Part shown: positions 1-14,219 of the stretch, in pieces
How positions within the stretch are numbered: the stretch's first letter is position 1
Layout: every line of letters starts with the position of its first letter
DNA from: Octopus bimaculoides
Taxonomy: Eukaryota
Direction of reading: 5' to 3'
DNA length: 64,000 bases
Assembly: GCF_001194135.2 (NCBI RefSeq)
Contig: NC_068982.1
Span: forward strand, 104,846,991-104,910,990
Made by a program: the position numbers and the translations under genes
The notes under the pieces: generated by a model
What the model saw: the letters and a program-made list of their open reading frames with translations, nothing else
Told to the model about the DNA's origin: nothing
The model's database searches: none

Positions 1-1594
1 CTACTGAAGACGTATTCTTCATGTAGAAGAGATTTTTTTCAACAACATATTTACATCTCAGAAAGATTATTGTTGGTGTTAAAGTTTAAAATCAAACTCA
101 CACTACATAGATTTGTGCAATATGAATAACAGTCAATAAATACAAACTATAAACAACCTTATTATATTTCTTTCTTTCTTTTTTTTTTTTTATAATACAT
201 TAGGAATGGCTTATGTATTCAGAGGTGTCTGAACAAAGATTATATGATATTAGTGTTTTCACACTTGAAATACATGATTTAATGGAATCACCAATCAGAG
301 AATGTCAAGGGATTGATACAATCATCATACTGAACCACTCATGCTGAAAGATTAACTTGTTTGATTTTGTTAATAAAAAATATGGTAATTAAACAATTGT
401 ATAGTAAAATAATGAGCAAAATAAATTAAGTATAATATTCAATGTAAAATAAACAAAAAAAAATTGACAAAAATTATTAAAGTTATTTATCTATCTAATG
501 AGATATACCACTACAAAGAATGCTATATACTATTGGCTCTGATTCAAAGCTAAAGTATGATTGTCCTTCAAATGGATGGCTTTGCAATCTAATGTGAGTC
601 TAAACTTTTAAGATGTTGGGATATCAGCTATCATTGCATTGAAGCATGATTTTTCTTCATATCAACAACAATAGATACAACATGTGAGGAGACTATACAT
701 GTGTTGTATATATANNNNNNNNNNNNNNNNNNNNNNNNNNNNNNNNNNNNNNNNNNNNNNNNNNNNNNNNNNNNNNNNNNNNNNNNNNNNNNNNNNNNNN
801 NNNNNNNNNNNNNNNNNNNNNNNNNNNNNNNNNNNNNNNNNNNNNNNNNNNNNNNNNNNNNNNNNNNNNNNNNNNNNNNNNNNNNNNNNNNNNNNNNNNN
901 NNNNNNNNNNNNNNNNNNNNNNNNNNNNNNNNNNNNNNNNNNNNNNNNNNNNNNNNNNNNNNNNNNNNNNNNNNNNNNNNNNNNNNNNNNNNNNNNNNNN
1001 NNNNNNNNNNNNNNNNNNNNNNNNNNNNNNNNNNNNNNNNNNNNNNNNNNNNNNNNNNNNNNNNNNNNNNNNNNNNNNNNNNNNNNNNNNNNNNNNNNNN
1101 NNNNNNNNNNNNNNNNNNNNNNNNNNNNNNNNNNNNNNNNNNNNNNNNNNNNNNNNNNNNNNNNNNNNNNNNNNNNNNNNNNNNNNNNNNNNNNNNNNNN
1201 NNNNNNNNNNNNNNNNNNNNNNNNNNNNNNNNNNNNNNNNNNNNNNNNNNNNNNNNNNNNNNNNNNNNNNNNNNNNNNNNNNNNNNNNNNNNNNNNNNNN
1301 NNNNNNNNNNNNNNNNNNNNNNNNNNNNNNNNNNNNNNNNNNNNNNNNNNNNNNNNNNNNNNNNNNNNNNNNNNNNNNNNNNNNNNNNNNNNNNNNNNNN
1401 NNNNNNNNNNNNNNNNNNNNNNNNNNNNNNNNNNNNNNNNNNNNNNNNNNNNNNNNNNNNNNNNNNNNNNNNNNNNNNNNNNNNNNNNNNNNNNNNNNNN
1501 NNNNNNNNNNNNNNNNNNNNNNNNNNNNNNNNNNNNNNNNNNNNNNNNNNNNNNNNNNNNNNNNNNNNNNNNNNNNNNNNNNNNNNNNNNNNNN

Positions 1595-1641
<47 letters not shown>

Positions 1642-2349
1642 ATGTGTATGTAAAACGGCTGAATTATATTTCGTCCTTGAATTTGGAGGATTCCCAAAAA
1701 GATTTCTAATATAGATTCTTCATATTTTGCTGGTAGCTTACTGGTGTAAGCTTGCGAATATGAAAATAATACTTGTATATGGTGTGTTATGTGAATTTAT
1801 GGAAAGGAATCCCATAAAACTCGTTAAAAATGGAGAAGAGAAGATGTTAAAATGTAACAGAATTTTAATAATTAAAATTCTCTTACATTTTAACATCTTC
1901 TTTTCTCCATTTTTAACAAATTTGTGAGTTTAATGTATATATATATATATATGTATCAGATTGGAGCCTGGTGTAGCCATCTGGTTTCACCAGTCCTCAG
2001 TCAAATCGTCCAACCCATGCTAGCATGGAAAGCAGACGTTAAACGACGACGACGATATATTCAACTAATATATAAGTAGAACATATATATCGATTGAAGC
2101 CCCATAAATTTTGGTATTTAGTGATGATGTGTGTATGTTGACAGCAGCAAATATCCCAGTTATTTCACATATAGTTAAAAAGGATCAACAAATAATAGTC
2201 TTACTAGGCATTGAGCTTGATTAAACTAAATGATGGTGATGTGTCCATTCTAATGTCTAACAACTGGACACTGAACAGGTTTATCAACTGTAGAAATCAG
2301 CATATTCAACTGTTACAGATGATTTTCTTTTTTTTTTTTTCTTTTTAGA

Positions 2350-2570
2350 ATTGCTTATAAGAAATGCGAATGCTTACAGGCAAGTCACTACAGTTGCAAG
2401 AAATTAGGAACTGAACTCAAACTTGAAAATGTTCAAGTGGCACAAGCACAAATTTTATGGACAAGTAACACAAATCTCTGTGGAAAACTACATTGCAAGG
2501 GTTAGTTAAAAGGACGGTCACCAAAGAGGCAGATCAGGAAAGCCTTGAATTGATAATGTAATCAACCATA
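2350..2570 (+). mobile_element. Old RTE-type LINE fragment
   Basis: FYGQVT / KTTLQG.V / RGRSGKP*IDNV resembles the RTE C-terminal GHV.R...KTILQG...RGR...W.DN. Confidence 0.45.
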
Positions 2571-4211
2571 TTTGATGGCAAAAATTGATTTAGATCTAGT
2601 AACAGTGGAGGGTCTGAATTACTGAAGCAATCGTTTAGGCTCCCATTAAAGATCTGCAGAGTTAAAGGTGAATTAACTAATATCTCATGAAGAAAACACT
2701 AACCATTTGACGAGCTAATGTTGAGCAACATTGAAAATTGCTTTACTATATGAAGGAGTTGTATAATATCTATCACATTGATGATAGAGCTATGTATGTT
2801 TTCATCTACAGAAAGAAAATAACAAAGTATAAATTTAGTTATTATTATTATTATCTTAACTTTATTCTATAATTTTTAATATTTTTATAATTTATATTCA
2901 ATGTAACCATTCTGATGTTTTCTTTTTCATATGTCTCGTGGAAATTAAAAACCTTATTTTTATTATCTTTCTTATTATTATTAATATTATGATTACGATA
3001 AAATGCCTTGCAATATTTAGTTATAATTCTTTACATTTTAAGTTCAAACCTTGCTAAGGTCGATTTCACCATTTAAACCTCCAAGGTTAATAAAATAAGT
3101 TTCAGTCAAGTACTTCAACTGATATAATCTGACAATGCTCCTCTTTTCACACTTCAGGTCTTGTGCCTGTCTTAGAAATCAATATTATGATTGCAACAGG
3201 CAGTACTGTGTAATGGTCAGCTCTTATAGCCAGAATATGATTCTTGATGGATCTGATTTAGTTACATTTTTTTAGACTGCTAATATTGTAGAATGCATGA
3301 GAGTTCTATCTTTTCATTTTCTTTCCTTATTTAAGGTTGAGAGGCTTCATGCACACACAAGAAATGTTATCATCAATAGCAGCAACAGCATCATTATGAA
3401 TACATTCAGCTATTTACTCCTATCTTACTTTTTACATCTATTAATTCTCTAACCTAGATTTATTTCTATAGAAAGGAATAATAAACATATCAGATTTAAA
3501 AGAGAAACAAAAACTGAACATGGTGGCTAAGGATTCATGTAAATAGATTTGACAATTCTGCTTAGATAAATTTGTAACTTAATTCAACAAGTTTGTTTGA
3601 TAGGCATGAAACATGCTTAAATGGTTGCTGCTCATTCTAAAGAGTGAAGAGGCAGAAAAATGAAGGGATGGAGTGATTCTGGGGGAAAGACCAATATATC
3701 ATAAAAATAATTACTTAAAAGTGATAAAAATAAATAATGAATAATATAATCTGATATAGAATATGTTAAATAATTATTTACTTTGATTTTTCTGTTGTGT
3801 TTTTTTAGTAAAAAAAATAGATAATAACAATAACAATTTCTTAATCAGGCATGAAGTCTTAGGCAAGTGGAGTTAAGTGTCTTGCCCAGGGACACAAGAC
3901 AATGCCTACTGTGGGATATGAACACATGATTGGATATTGTGTCTCTCCAATAACAATAATAATAATAATAATAATAATAATGATAATCATAACATTAATA
4001 ATTTTAAGTAAAGATAATGATAATCATAGTGACTAGATAATCCTTATAGGACCATCCTTATCTTGTAAATCTTAGATGACAAAGAAAAAAAAGATGAAAA
4101 CAGGAGCGTCAGAAGCAGCAAAGTGTATAGAATGTGAAATTAAAAAAGTACTAAGCGTACAGTCTAAAATTTAATACTTGGTTTTGATAAGAGTCTGAAA
4201 TTGGAAGGTGA

Positions 4212-5447
4212 CTAGCAAACAGACTCTTCAGCACCATTTAGGGCTAAAAGTTTTAAGTCTCTATTCTCAAGATCAAGAGTCAGCTGCTCAACTTCTGCCT
4301 CAAGATTTTTATTTTTACGAAACATTTGGATGTAGTTGAGCTGCAACTGCTTCTGATAGCGAATCACCTTACTTTTTTCTTCAAGCCATTGATCTCGTTC
4401 ATGCTCGAAGTCTTTCTTGTGCATACCTACTTGTTCTTTATATTGCTGTAGTTCCCATTGCAGTTCAGCAATTAGCTTGCTCCTTACTGAACACAAAGAT
4501 GGATCAGCACAGCCATAAGCCATATTGTCTGACAAATTTTCAGTCTGGCAAGCAACATCACAGTGTTCTATGGAATAATTTGCATGAGAACAAGCAACAA
4601 GACTCATTCTATGTGAATGGACTTCTTCCCCAGAAGCCTCATCAGCTGCTTTGTCTGAATTATCCATGCTGTTTTTCTTTTGAGCCTTCAGAGTGTTTGT
4701 TCTATGACTCGCTTTCAATAATTTCTGTGAATACTCAGTAGTTTTCTGCAACTCAGATCTAGATATTTCTAGTTGACATTTTGTGAACTCCAACTGTTTT
4801 TTTAACTCTTCAGTTTTATGTAATAAACTTTCTTTTTCTTTCAACAATTCATTGTAAATCTCTTGTAGTTTATTCTTTTCTTGTTGCAGAATCTGAACTT
4901 GCACTCCAACTGTTTGTTCATACTTGGCAGATTTCTTTTGTTGTACTTGGTTTCGCTTTTCATATTCTTCTTTGAGGTCCTTAAGTTCGTTGTGCCATAA
5001 ATTCTTTTGTTCTTCATAGACTTGGAATATAGCTCTTTCATTCTTATCCATTACTTCTCTAAGAGCCATTATTTCATGTTCTTTTTCTTTCAACATGGCC
5101 TCCAATTCTCCAACACCACTGTCACTAGGAGAAGGTGTGTCTATACAGTTTCCTAGTCGACTGCTGGACAAATGACTCACGCTTGATGTTCGGAGAGGAT
5201 CTGCATGGTCAGAAGTCCGCAATTCACTAGAAAAACTGTTGGACGGGTCACTGTTGTTGGCTGGATGAGAGCTGGGCAATACATTTGCAGAGCTCTGATT
5301 AAGCAAATTGCACTCTTGTGACCCATATCCATCATCCATCGTAGGATGTTTCTGGTCATGGTAACTCTGACTATTGCTTCTTTTTACATATCGGTTGGAT
5401 ACTACTGGTTTGAAAGCAATTGGTCGGACAAGACCTTTCCCTGGTGC
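4212..5447 (-). CDS. LZTS2: LZTS/Fez1-family leucine zipper protein (LZTS2-like), last coding exon, 411 aa + stop
   Basis: The ORF-track ORF 4212..5339 extends upstream in frame to an acceptor TTTCTATTTTCAG|GCA at 5448/5447, reading APGKGLVRPIAFKPVV... The protein has SPSDSGVGELE, a long coiled coil and a Fez1-type C-terminal block WLEEKSKVIRYQKQLQLNYIQMFRKNKNLE, all recognised as LZTS family. The paralog number is nominal for an invertebrate. Confidence 0.9.
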   Translation of the reverse strand, partial: APGKGLVRPIAFKPVVSNRYVKRSNSQSYHDQKHPTMDDGYGSQECNLLNQSSANVLPSSHPANNSDPSNSFSSELRTSDHADPLRTSSVSHLSSSRLGNCIDTPSPSDSGVGELEAMLKEKEHEIMALREVMDKNERAIFQVYEEQKNLWHNELKDLKEEYEKRNQVQQKKSAKYEQTVGVQVQILQQEKNKLQEIYNELLKEKESLLHKTEELKKQLEFTKCQLEISRSELQKTTEYSQKLLKASHRTNTLKAQKKNSMDNSDKAADEASGEEVHSHRMSLVACSHANYSIEHCDVACQTENLSDNMAYGCADPSLCSVRSKLIAELQWELQQYKEQVGMHKKDFEHERDQWLEEKSKVIRYQKQLQLNYIQMFRKNKNLEAEVEQLTLDLENRDLKLLALNGAEESVC

Positions 5448-6578
5448 CTGAAAATAGAAAAATTAAAGATAGAAAATTTTGAACACATGATAGAGAAAAA
5501 AAATTTTATACTAGCAAGTAGGTCTCACACTAAACTAAAGTGAAAGCTATAACTGATGGCAGAGAATGGTGAGTCTGATACCAAGGCTATATGCCTTGTA
5601 TAGAAATGAAAGTAAAATTTTATGAAAAGATATTTTCATATATTTCTCAAGAATACACAATGATATGTAGCAGATATAATAAAAACATAAATACACCAGT
5701 AATTAGAGATCAAAGAGCTATCATAGTTTTTGAGATGTTAATAAGAATTGTCAAATATTGTACTGTTAGATTAGATTAAAGGTTGAAATTCTATCAGTGA
5801 TGAGTGTATAGAGTTAAGCATTGTCTAATATCAGTAATAATTTATTAAATTTATAAAACTAACTTGTTCAAAATAAATGTAGAGAGACTAAAAGAAACAA
5901 TAGAAAATTTAAGAATTTAAAATGTTTTCTTCCAGTCTCATGATAAGTATCAAAGCTCATTCTTAATCTCTAATTATTCTGATTGTAACCCAATATCCAA
6001 GATATCTGAGAGTTCCAACTGTTACCAATAGGTTCGAAAACCAATAACTCAACAATAGACTACCTGTCTTGATTGTATAATTCTTAAAATACTCAGTAAC
6101 ATTGCAACTTTAAATTAATATGTAATGTAAATCATAAATTCCTTAAAGTACATCAATGTATAAGTGTTCCAAAATGACAAGAAAACCAACAAAAACTAAA
6201 AACAAAATGTATGACCAAACAATGATCAAAAGATTATTACATGGTGTACAATTGTTAAGAAACAAAGAAAACTTATATTGATTTATAGTTGATGTTATGT
6301 AGTAGTTTTATGGTATAAACAGTGAGATATGTTCATTAATTTTTATTGATTCATTTACATAATGAAGTATTCTTGGAGAAGACATCAGAAAAGAATGCAA
6401 CAAGTTCATATTTCTTTTCTCTGTAATTCTACAACATGCCTCATTAATTAAAAACAATATTAGATTTAATATTTTAAGTGTAAAAGAATTTATATAGATT
6501 TAGCTGTAAGCTAAAAGTGATAGCAAACTGGGATCAAAGCTGTATCATGAACATCAACCACATTGATGTTACCAATAT

Positions 6579-6927
6579 ACTCTTTTACTTGTTTCAGTCA
6601 TTTGACTGCGGCCATGCTGGAGCACCGCCATTAGTCGAGTACTTATTCTATCGGTCTCTTTTGCCGAACTGCTAAGTTATGGGGATGTAAACACACCAGC
6701 ATCGGTTGTCAAGCGATGTTGGGGGACACACACAGACAAATACACACACATATATATATACATATACATATATACAACGGTCTTCTTTCAGTTTCTGTCT
6801 ACCAAATCCACTCACAAGGCTTTGGTCGGCCCGAGGCTATAGTAGAAGACGCTTGCCCAAAGTGCCACTGAACCCAGAACCATGTGGTTGGTAAGCAAGC
6901 TACTTACCACACAGCCACTCCTGCGCC
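6579..6927 (-). mobile_element. tRNA-derived SINE family B (CORE-like CCTTGGGCAAGT, internal AT/GT microsatellite, AAAAGAGT tail)
   Basis: Head GGCGCAGGAGTGGCTGTGTGGTAAG...GGTTCAG(T). Many further copies or fragments, e.g. about 11400-11560, 12970-13140, 13790-13925, 20690-20850, 26455-26860, 27905-28070, 46470-46625, 47045-47205. Confidence 0.85.
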
Positions 6928-8111
6928 TATATGGGAAGGTAATACAAAGAACATGTGCACTTTCTCTGATTAATTATTAATAATTCTGATTTATCTTCCT
7001 TCCTGAGCCACTGCTATATCTCTCAACTAAATGCACCTTCACCTTTGTTCATCACTCAATACATTCAACTCTAATCCCATCTCTCCCCATCACTCTTATG
7101 TAACAACTCCACACTCCTCATTCACTGACTATGTCCTCTCTTATACCCATCTTTTTGTGCTGAAACTTTGCTTTGGCATCTCATTGCTACCATCTTTTTT
7201 TTTCTCCCCACCTACAATGATTTGTGTCCTTATATAATGTTGTGTGACCTTGTATCTCTTCCATAGCAAAATTCCTGTGCATGGCCATCTATCATACTTT
7301 TTAGCTTCTCAGTACTTGGCATAATACCACCTTCACCTAAGAGGGAGGTGAATATTTTTCTTCTTTCCTTTTTCTGTTTTGCAACTTAGCTGGTGGCACA
7401 AAAAAACACACCCACCTATAGAAAACACAGCAAAGCTGACACTAGAACTTGATGCAGCCCTGCAGCTTTCCAGATCCAGCATGGAAAGCAGACGTTAAAT
7501 GATAATGATGATGAAGAATTATCACCACTTTTCAATCTCATAAACTCAGTTAATCAACTGAAACAGATGCTAGTTTTCTTTGCAGAAAGAAAAACAATAT
7601 TGTTTTCACCTCATGAGGTGTAACTGCAATGAAAGGAAGAGAGGTTATTGTGACATGGCACAAAGTGAATCCAAAAATCTTGTCTTTGGTGATCAACTAA
7701 GTTATAATAGTGGTCAAATCTTGGAATCTGATATTATAAAGCATGAAAAACCAACCGAGATTGTACAAAATCACACTATTTACTTTGACCAAGTTTGTTC
7801 CTTTTAAAAATGTTTGTTTTTGAGAAGTTATACCTGTAAATTCTCTTTTACTGGTTCTACCAGTGGGTTATGGTGAAACTGAAGTATTACCAGAAAAAAT
7901 ATAGTTTACTGATGTTGAACATCTTAACATATTAGGAAACATTAGCTAAGCTTAAGAAGTTATAGATGTATTTAGCTCCTTGTGGAAAAATTAAGCCCAG
8001 TGAAGGTCATTTTAGTAGCTCAAGATGAAGATGGAATCAACTGATTTCAATATTAATTAAGAATACATCAGGATCTGCTTTCCCTTTGTTCCTCAGATAC
8101 TGAGTATATGT

Positions 8112-8489
8112 GTGGAGGCGCAATGGCCCAGTGGTTAAGGCAGTGGACTCGTGGTCATAGGATCGCGGTTTCGATTCCCAGACCGGGCGTTGTGAGTGTT
8201 TATTGAGCGAAAACACCTACGGGGCTCCGGCAGGGGATGGTGGCGAACTCTGCTGTACTCTTCCACCACAACTTTCTCTCATTCTTACTTCCTGTTTCTG
8301 TTGTGCCTGTAATTCAAAGGGTCAGCCTTGTCACACTGTGTCACGCTGAATATCCCCGAGAACTACGTTAAGGGTACATGTGTCTGTGGAGTGCTCAGCC
8401 ACTTGCACGTTAATTTCACAAGCAGGCTGTTCCGTTGATCGGATCAACTGGAACCCTCGACGTCGTAAGCGACGGAGTGCCAAGAACAA
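8112..8489 (+). mobile_element. tRNA-derived SINE family A, full length
   Basis: A box TGGCCCAGTGG, B box GGTTTCGATTCC, 3' hairpin CGTCGTAAGCGACG and (ACA)n tail; TSD ACTGAGTATAT. Confidence 0.9.
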
Positions 8490-10759
8490 CTGAGTATATA
8501 GAGAAGAAAACTACCTGAGAATGTAAACAAATGTATGCTTAGTCACAACTTATTTACATGGTTGATGGCAATAATTGCTAGTTTACCAATATGAATAAAT
8601 ATATAGGCTCATATTTGAGTGTGTTAAATCTCCCTGTGTATTAGACTTAATTTCATAACAAGACTAAATATATATGAATATGAATCCACATATTTATTCA
8701 TAATCCATGCTGTACTGATACTCTCAAAATTAGTCTTCTCCAGTTTTCTTCTGTCTTTGAACTCAAACTAGAAGTCTCCGTCTCTCTCTCTCTCTCTCAC
8801 AGCCACTTGTTAATTATCCGGCTAATTATGGCATTCTTTCACCCATCTCACACCAACAGCTGATTTCTTGCTAGATGATAAAAGCAAGCTGAGTTCTCTT
8901 CTTAAGACATACTATAATGCCCAAGAGAATAAAAACTGATATATAATAAACCAGGAGATCTAACTGCCAGTCTGATAAATGACTTTTTAATACACCAACA
9001 GTTAATAACTTTTAGTCTATTAATGTTTCTTCTACTAAAATTAGTCACTGTTCTTCTCAACATGCTGAATGTTAGTGCACCTATCTCTTTTCCCCACGAT
9101 CACCACTGCAATCTGTATCTCCAGACCCCATATTTCCCTAATATTATCCAAATCCCCTTCCAAACCACACTCTCTGGGACCTCTAACTCAATTTCATTTT
9201 TCTTTAAACCTCTGATCTCTAACAAAACATTGCTTTAATGTCCATTTTCCCATACTCACACAGACCAAATGGGGTGGATTTTCTATGGTCAGATGCCCTT
9301 TCTTTTGCCAACCTTCACCTATTTCCAAGTAAGGTAATATTACTCCATGACCAGACACATTCCCACAGAACATCGGAATCAGTAACACTCATTTACAACA
9401 ATCATGTGATCTCAAAGCAAGGGGACAGTGACACACATAATAACTGCTCCTCCTCAGAGAGAAGTGGAAGTTTACAGTACATTTTCCATATGTCTACATT
9501 TCTAACTTACTGAAATTATGTTTTTAATTTTCTGGACTATTAACTGCATCTTTCGTGTTTTATTTTATTTATATTTTCTTTTGTTTTCTCTTTTGATTGT
9601 CTTCAGGTGCCATATTCCTTACATATAAATGTTTCCCTAACCTAATTTGAACTTAAAAACCCTATTTTTTTTAATACTGTAGTTCAACATTCCTAATACA
9701 AACACATTAAGGTGTAATTAATAGACAGGAAAATTTAAATTATTGTTATAGTTCAGACATTTTCTATGGAACCAGCATATCATTTAGTACTTTTCAATCC
9801 ATCTGTAGAATGCAAAACTGTGTACTAAACCATGATTTTCATTAGAACTGGTTACAATTTGGCAACTGTTTACAGAGAGTAGTTAAGTAGATGCTGTATA
9901 GTTAAACTTGGACATCTGTCAAAATTATGTTTAAGTTAAATAGAAAATAAGCTAAGTTAAAATTAGATTGTCTTCACAGTTATGTAATATGTTTTCAGTA
10001 GAAGATAGAGTTGAGATAAATTTAGACAATTGTAAAAGTTATGTTATATATGAGAACAGCAATGTGATATATTTGGGTTAAAAACCTGCACACTGAACAG
10101 TTTTATAACAAGTATAAACAACTGGAAGTAATTTGGCAGACTAAAGTATGAATGATAGTTCATGTCTATAGAACTGAAGGACACACTCATTGTCATCGTC
10201 ACCATCACCATAACCACTTTTACTGACACCATTTTCATCATTCCTAAGAACAACAATATAACCATCATTGCTGCCAAAATCATCCCCATCAACATAGCTA
10301 CTACAATATCATCACCGTTGTTTAAAATTCATTTTCTAAGCTGGCATCTGTTGGATGGTTTGACAAGTACCAATGTGCCAGAGAACTGTGTCAAGCTCCA
10401 ATGTCTGCTTTGGCATGGTTTCCATGACTGTGTGGTCTTCTTAATGCCAACCACTTCACAGAGTGTACTAGGTACTTTTTACATGATACCAGCACTAGTG
10501 AGGTCACCAAGTAACATGTATAGTAAAACTCTTCAACCGATGTGGGTGTAGTATTGAAGGAGGTGGCTTTATGCCAAGTGAAGAGAGATTAAAGTATGAT
10601 AGAGAGACAGAAACATGTATCTTGCAGAGAGAGATACATGGCTACCTCACTTAGAAAAGGAAGGAAAATGATGCAGAGGTGTCAGGGTGTATCCACAAGT
10701 AGAGGAAGGTGATTATAAAGAGAAGTGGTTCAGAAGATTGGACCACTACATAAATCTCA

Positions 10760-10800
<41 letters not shown>

Positions 10801-10803
<3 letters not shown>

Positions 10804-11270
10804 GCCGGTGAGCTGGCAGAATCGTTAGCACGCCAAGCAAAATGCTTAGCAGTATTTCATCTGTCGCTACATTCTGAGTTAAAATTCCGCCTAGGTTGAC
10901 TTTGCCTTTCATCTTTCCAGGGTCGATAAATTAAATATCAGTGAAACACTGGAGTTGATGTAATCGACTAATTCCCTCCCACAAAATTTCAGGCCTTGTG
11001 CCTTTAGTAGAAAGGATTATTATTATTATTATCATTATTTTCTTTGACACAAGGCAGTGAGCTGGCAGAATCATTAGCACAGCGGGCAAAATGTTTACCA
11101 GCATTTCATTTGTCCCTACATTCTGAGTTCAAATTCTACCGAGGTTGACTTTGTCTTTCACCCTTTCAGAGTTGATGAAATAAGAACCAGTTACAAACTG
11201 GGGTCAATGTAATCAACTTGCCCCCTTCCCCAAAATTTCAGACCTTGTGCTTATAGTAGAAAGGATTCTT
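10801..11270 (+). mobile_element. Two tandem copies of (ATT)n-associated SINE family C
   Basis: AAGGCRGTGAGCTGGCAGAATC...GAGTTCAAATT...GGTYGACTTTGCCTTTCATCCTT...AGAAAGGATTATT. The first copy is flanked by (ATT)n. Confidence 0.8.
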
Positions 11271-12629
11271 TTCTTTGACATTTCTAATAGTTTTATCTAA
11301 TAGTTATGCTGATGGTTTATGCTGTTAGGGATGATAATGGTGCCAATAAAAGGGGCATAAGATATAATTAATATGTGAATGTGTGCATGCTAGTACGCAT
11401 GTATGTAGGTTCAGACATGGCTGTGTGGTTAAGAAGTTAGCTTTGCAACCATATGGTTTCAGGTTCAGTCCCACTATGCAGCAGCTTGAGCAAGAGCCTT
11501 CTACTATAGCCCTAGACAGACCAAAGCTTAGTGAGTGGATTGGGTAGAGAGAAACTGAAAGCACCTCCCCTCCATTTTCTTCCTCCTTTTCATCGTCATC
11601 GCCACTGCTTAACATCTGTCTTCCAGGCTGGCATGGGTTAGATAGTCAGACAAGATCTGATGAGTTGGAGGACTGTATCATGCTTCAATGTCTACTTTGC
11701 ATTGTTTCTAAGATTGAATGTCCTTCTTAATTCCAATAACTTTACAGAATATACAGGACACTTTTATTTTTGGTACCACCATTAGTGAGGTTACCATGTA
11801 AGTTGCAAGACTAAAGATCTCTCTTGACATCTTGAGTGAGTAGGAGTACAGTGAAGAGAGAAGTGCCGAGAGGTTAAAGTGTGTGTGTATGTATGTTTCA
11901 TATCTAATCAAGAGCTTCAGTTTATCTGATTGACGCTGTAAAATGGTTAACAGCAGAGTGGACACGAAGCATTTGATCAATCAGGTAGGAATGAAAGAAT
12001 AGATTTTTAAATGAANNNNNNNNNNNNNNNNNNNNNNNNNNNNNNNNNNNNNNNNNNNNNNNNNNNNNNNNNNNNNNNNNNNNNNNNNNNNNNNNNNNNN
12101 NNNNNNNNNNNNNNNNNNNNNNNNNNNNNNNNNNNNNNNNNNNNNNNNNNNNNNNNNNNNNNNNNNNNNNNNNNNNNNNNNNNNNNNNNNNNNNNNNNNN
12201 NNNNNNNNNNNNNNNNNNNNNNNNNNNNNNNNNNNNNNNNNNNNNNNNNNNNNNNNNNNNNNNNNNNNNNNNNNNNNNNNNNNNNNNNNNNNNNNNNNNN
12301 NNNNNNNNNNNNNNNNNNNNNNNNNNNNNNNNNNNNNNNNNNNNNNNNNNNNNNNNNNNNNNNNNNNNNNNNNNNNNNNNNNNNNNNNNNNNNNNNNNNN
12401 NNNNNNNNNNNNNNNNNNNNNNNNNNNNNNNNNNNNNNNNNNNNNNNNNNNNNNNNNNNNNNNNNNNNNNNNNNNNNNNNNNNNNNNNNNNNNNNNNNNN
12501 NNNNNNNNNNNNNNNNNNNNNNNNNNNNNNNNNNNNNNNNNNNNNNNNNNNNNNNNNNNNNNNNNNNNNNNNNNNNNNNNNNNNNNNNNNNNNNNNNNNN
12601 NNNNNNNNNNNNNNNNNNNNNNNNNNNNN

Positions 12630-12956
12630 ATTACTGGCACTCCTTCGCTTACGACGACGAGTGTTCCAGTTGATCCAATCAACGGAACAGCCTGCTTGTG
12701 AAATTAAAGTGCAAGTGGCTGAGCACTCCACAGACACGTATACCCCTTCACAAACTTCTCAGTGAGATTCAGCGTGTAACAGAGTGTGACAAGGCTGGCC
12801 CTTTGAAATACAGGTACTACTCATTTTTGCCAGCTGAGTGGACAGGAGCAACATGAAATAAAGTGTCTTGCTCAATGACACAACGTGCGGCTGGGAATTG
12901 AACTTGCAACCCTACGATTGTAAGCTGAATACCCTAACCACTAAGCCATGTGCCTA
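12630..12956 (-). mobile_element. SINE with family-E head and CORE-like block joined to the family-A 3' module
   Basis: tRNA head + TTGAGCAAGACACTTTATTTCA + family-A body and tail. A similar truncated copy lies at about 37860-38095. Confidence 0.8.
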
Positions 12957-14219
12957 CACACACACACACAATGGGCTTCTTTTAGTTTCTGTTTACCAAA
13001 TTGACTCACATGGCTTTGGTTGACCTGGAACTATAGCAGCAGAAGGTACTTGTCCAAGGTATTGTGTAGGGGGACTGAATCTGAGTCCACACGGCAGGGA
13101 AGTAAGCTTCTTAACCATACAGCCATGTCTGTGCCTGCATAGCTCAGCCTGTAGGTCATCGGTCTTTTAAGGTTATTTATATCACTATTTATAAATAGTG
13201 GCAACACCATTCCAAAATTATTGTCTTCTTTTCTGACACACACACACATGCAGACACACACACACATGCACGCACATACACACAGACACAGACACACACA
13301 CAAAGCAATTTCTTTTCTAGATAATTCTTTCTCTAAATTGCAGAAGACTAATAATAAATTCTGAAGAATTAGGTTTAGTAGTAGCTGATATACCCCATTC
13401 TACCTTGCCAAACCGAGCAACAATCAATAGCAAAAACTCCAGACATATCCACACAGAACTGTCGGTAGTCAAAATGGTAACATGCTCTGGCTGCTATAAA
13501 AACCACACAGAACTCATTTAGAATGCAGTGCGCAACATTCATTTTTTTTCTTTTCTGATTTCAGTCAATGGTCTGAGGCCATACTGGAGCACAGCTTTCA
13601 AGAATTTTATACTTGATTATATTGACACCAGTACTGTGCCTTGCTGCATCATTTATTCTTGATAGGAGACACGAAATGCAAAGCAGATGACATTGGCATA
13701 AGAGGAGACAACTCAGTTGGACATAAATATCACGATGCATTTCTGTTTGAATCTACCAGTTTTCACCTTGTGTTAATATAAACATACACATACAGTCTCT
13801 GTCTATCAAATTTCACCCACAAGGCATTGGTTGGTCTGAGGCTGATGTAGAAGACACTTGCCAAAAATGACATGCATATGGTTGTGAAATAATTTTCTTT
13901 ACCAACAGCCATGCCTGCACCATTATATAAGGCAAGAATGTGATGTATGTTGTGTGAATGATGAGTAACACAATCTCTAATCTTCAATTGGCTATTTTCA
14001 TGAGATAGCTTCATTTTATTTAGTTGGAGGTAGGAAGAAGAGTTCTTATGACTTCATACATTTATTTAGATTGATGGAAATGATGTAATTGAAGTTCATC
14101 TTGACATTCTGTAGGTTGACACCTGAAGGAAAAACATGGGCACGGATGAATTTCTATTTTCATTTTTGAATTTTTTTCTATTGGTGGTTCCCTGGAGGAA
14201 AGAGCTACACCAATAGCTT

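Noticed and set aside
1-35. CTGAAGA at the window start as a hammerhead core
   Set aside because: No helix II followed by GAAA.
2700-4211. Definition of the LZTS 3' UTR and poly(A) site
   Set aside because: Many AATAAA-like hexamers in AT-rich DNA; none can be chosen without transcript data.
4212-4226. C-terminal ESVC as a CaaX prenylation signal
   Set aside because: The Cys is terminal, not fourth from the end.
8112-8195. tRNA-like heads (also 14572, 16159, 17560, 30450, 31260, 56967, 61470) as tRNA genes
   Set aside because: A and B boxes are present but the cloverleaf is imperfect, and each continues into a repeat body (family-A copies with tail and TSD): SINE or transposon parts, not tRNA genes.
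8508-8535. Another AG|GT doublet on the gene strand (TTCTCAG|GTAGTT)
   Set aside because: Short, interrupted pyrimidine tract and weak donor; much poorer than the 45182 site.
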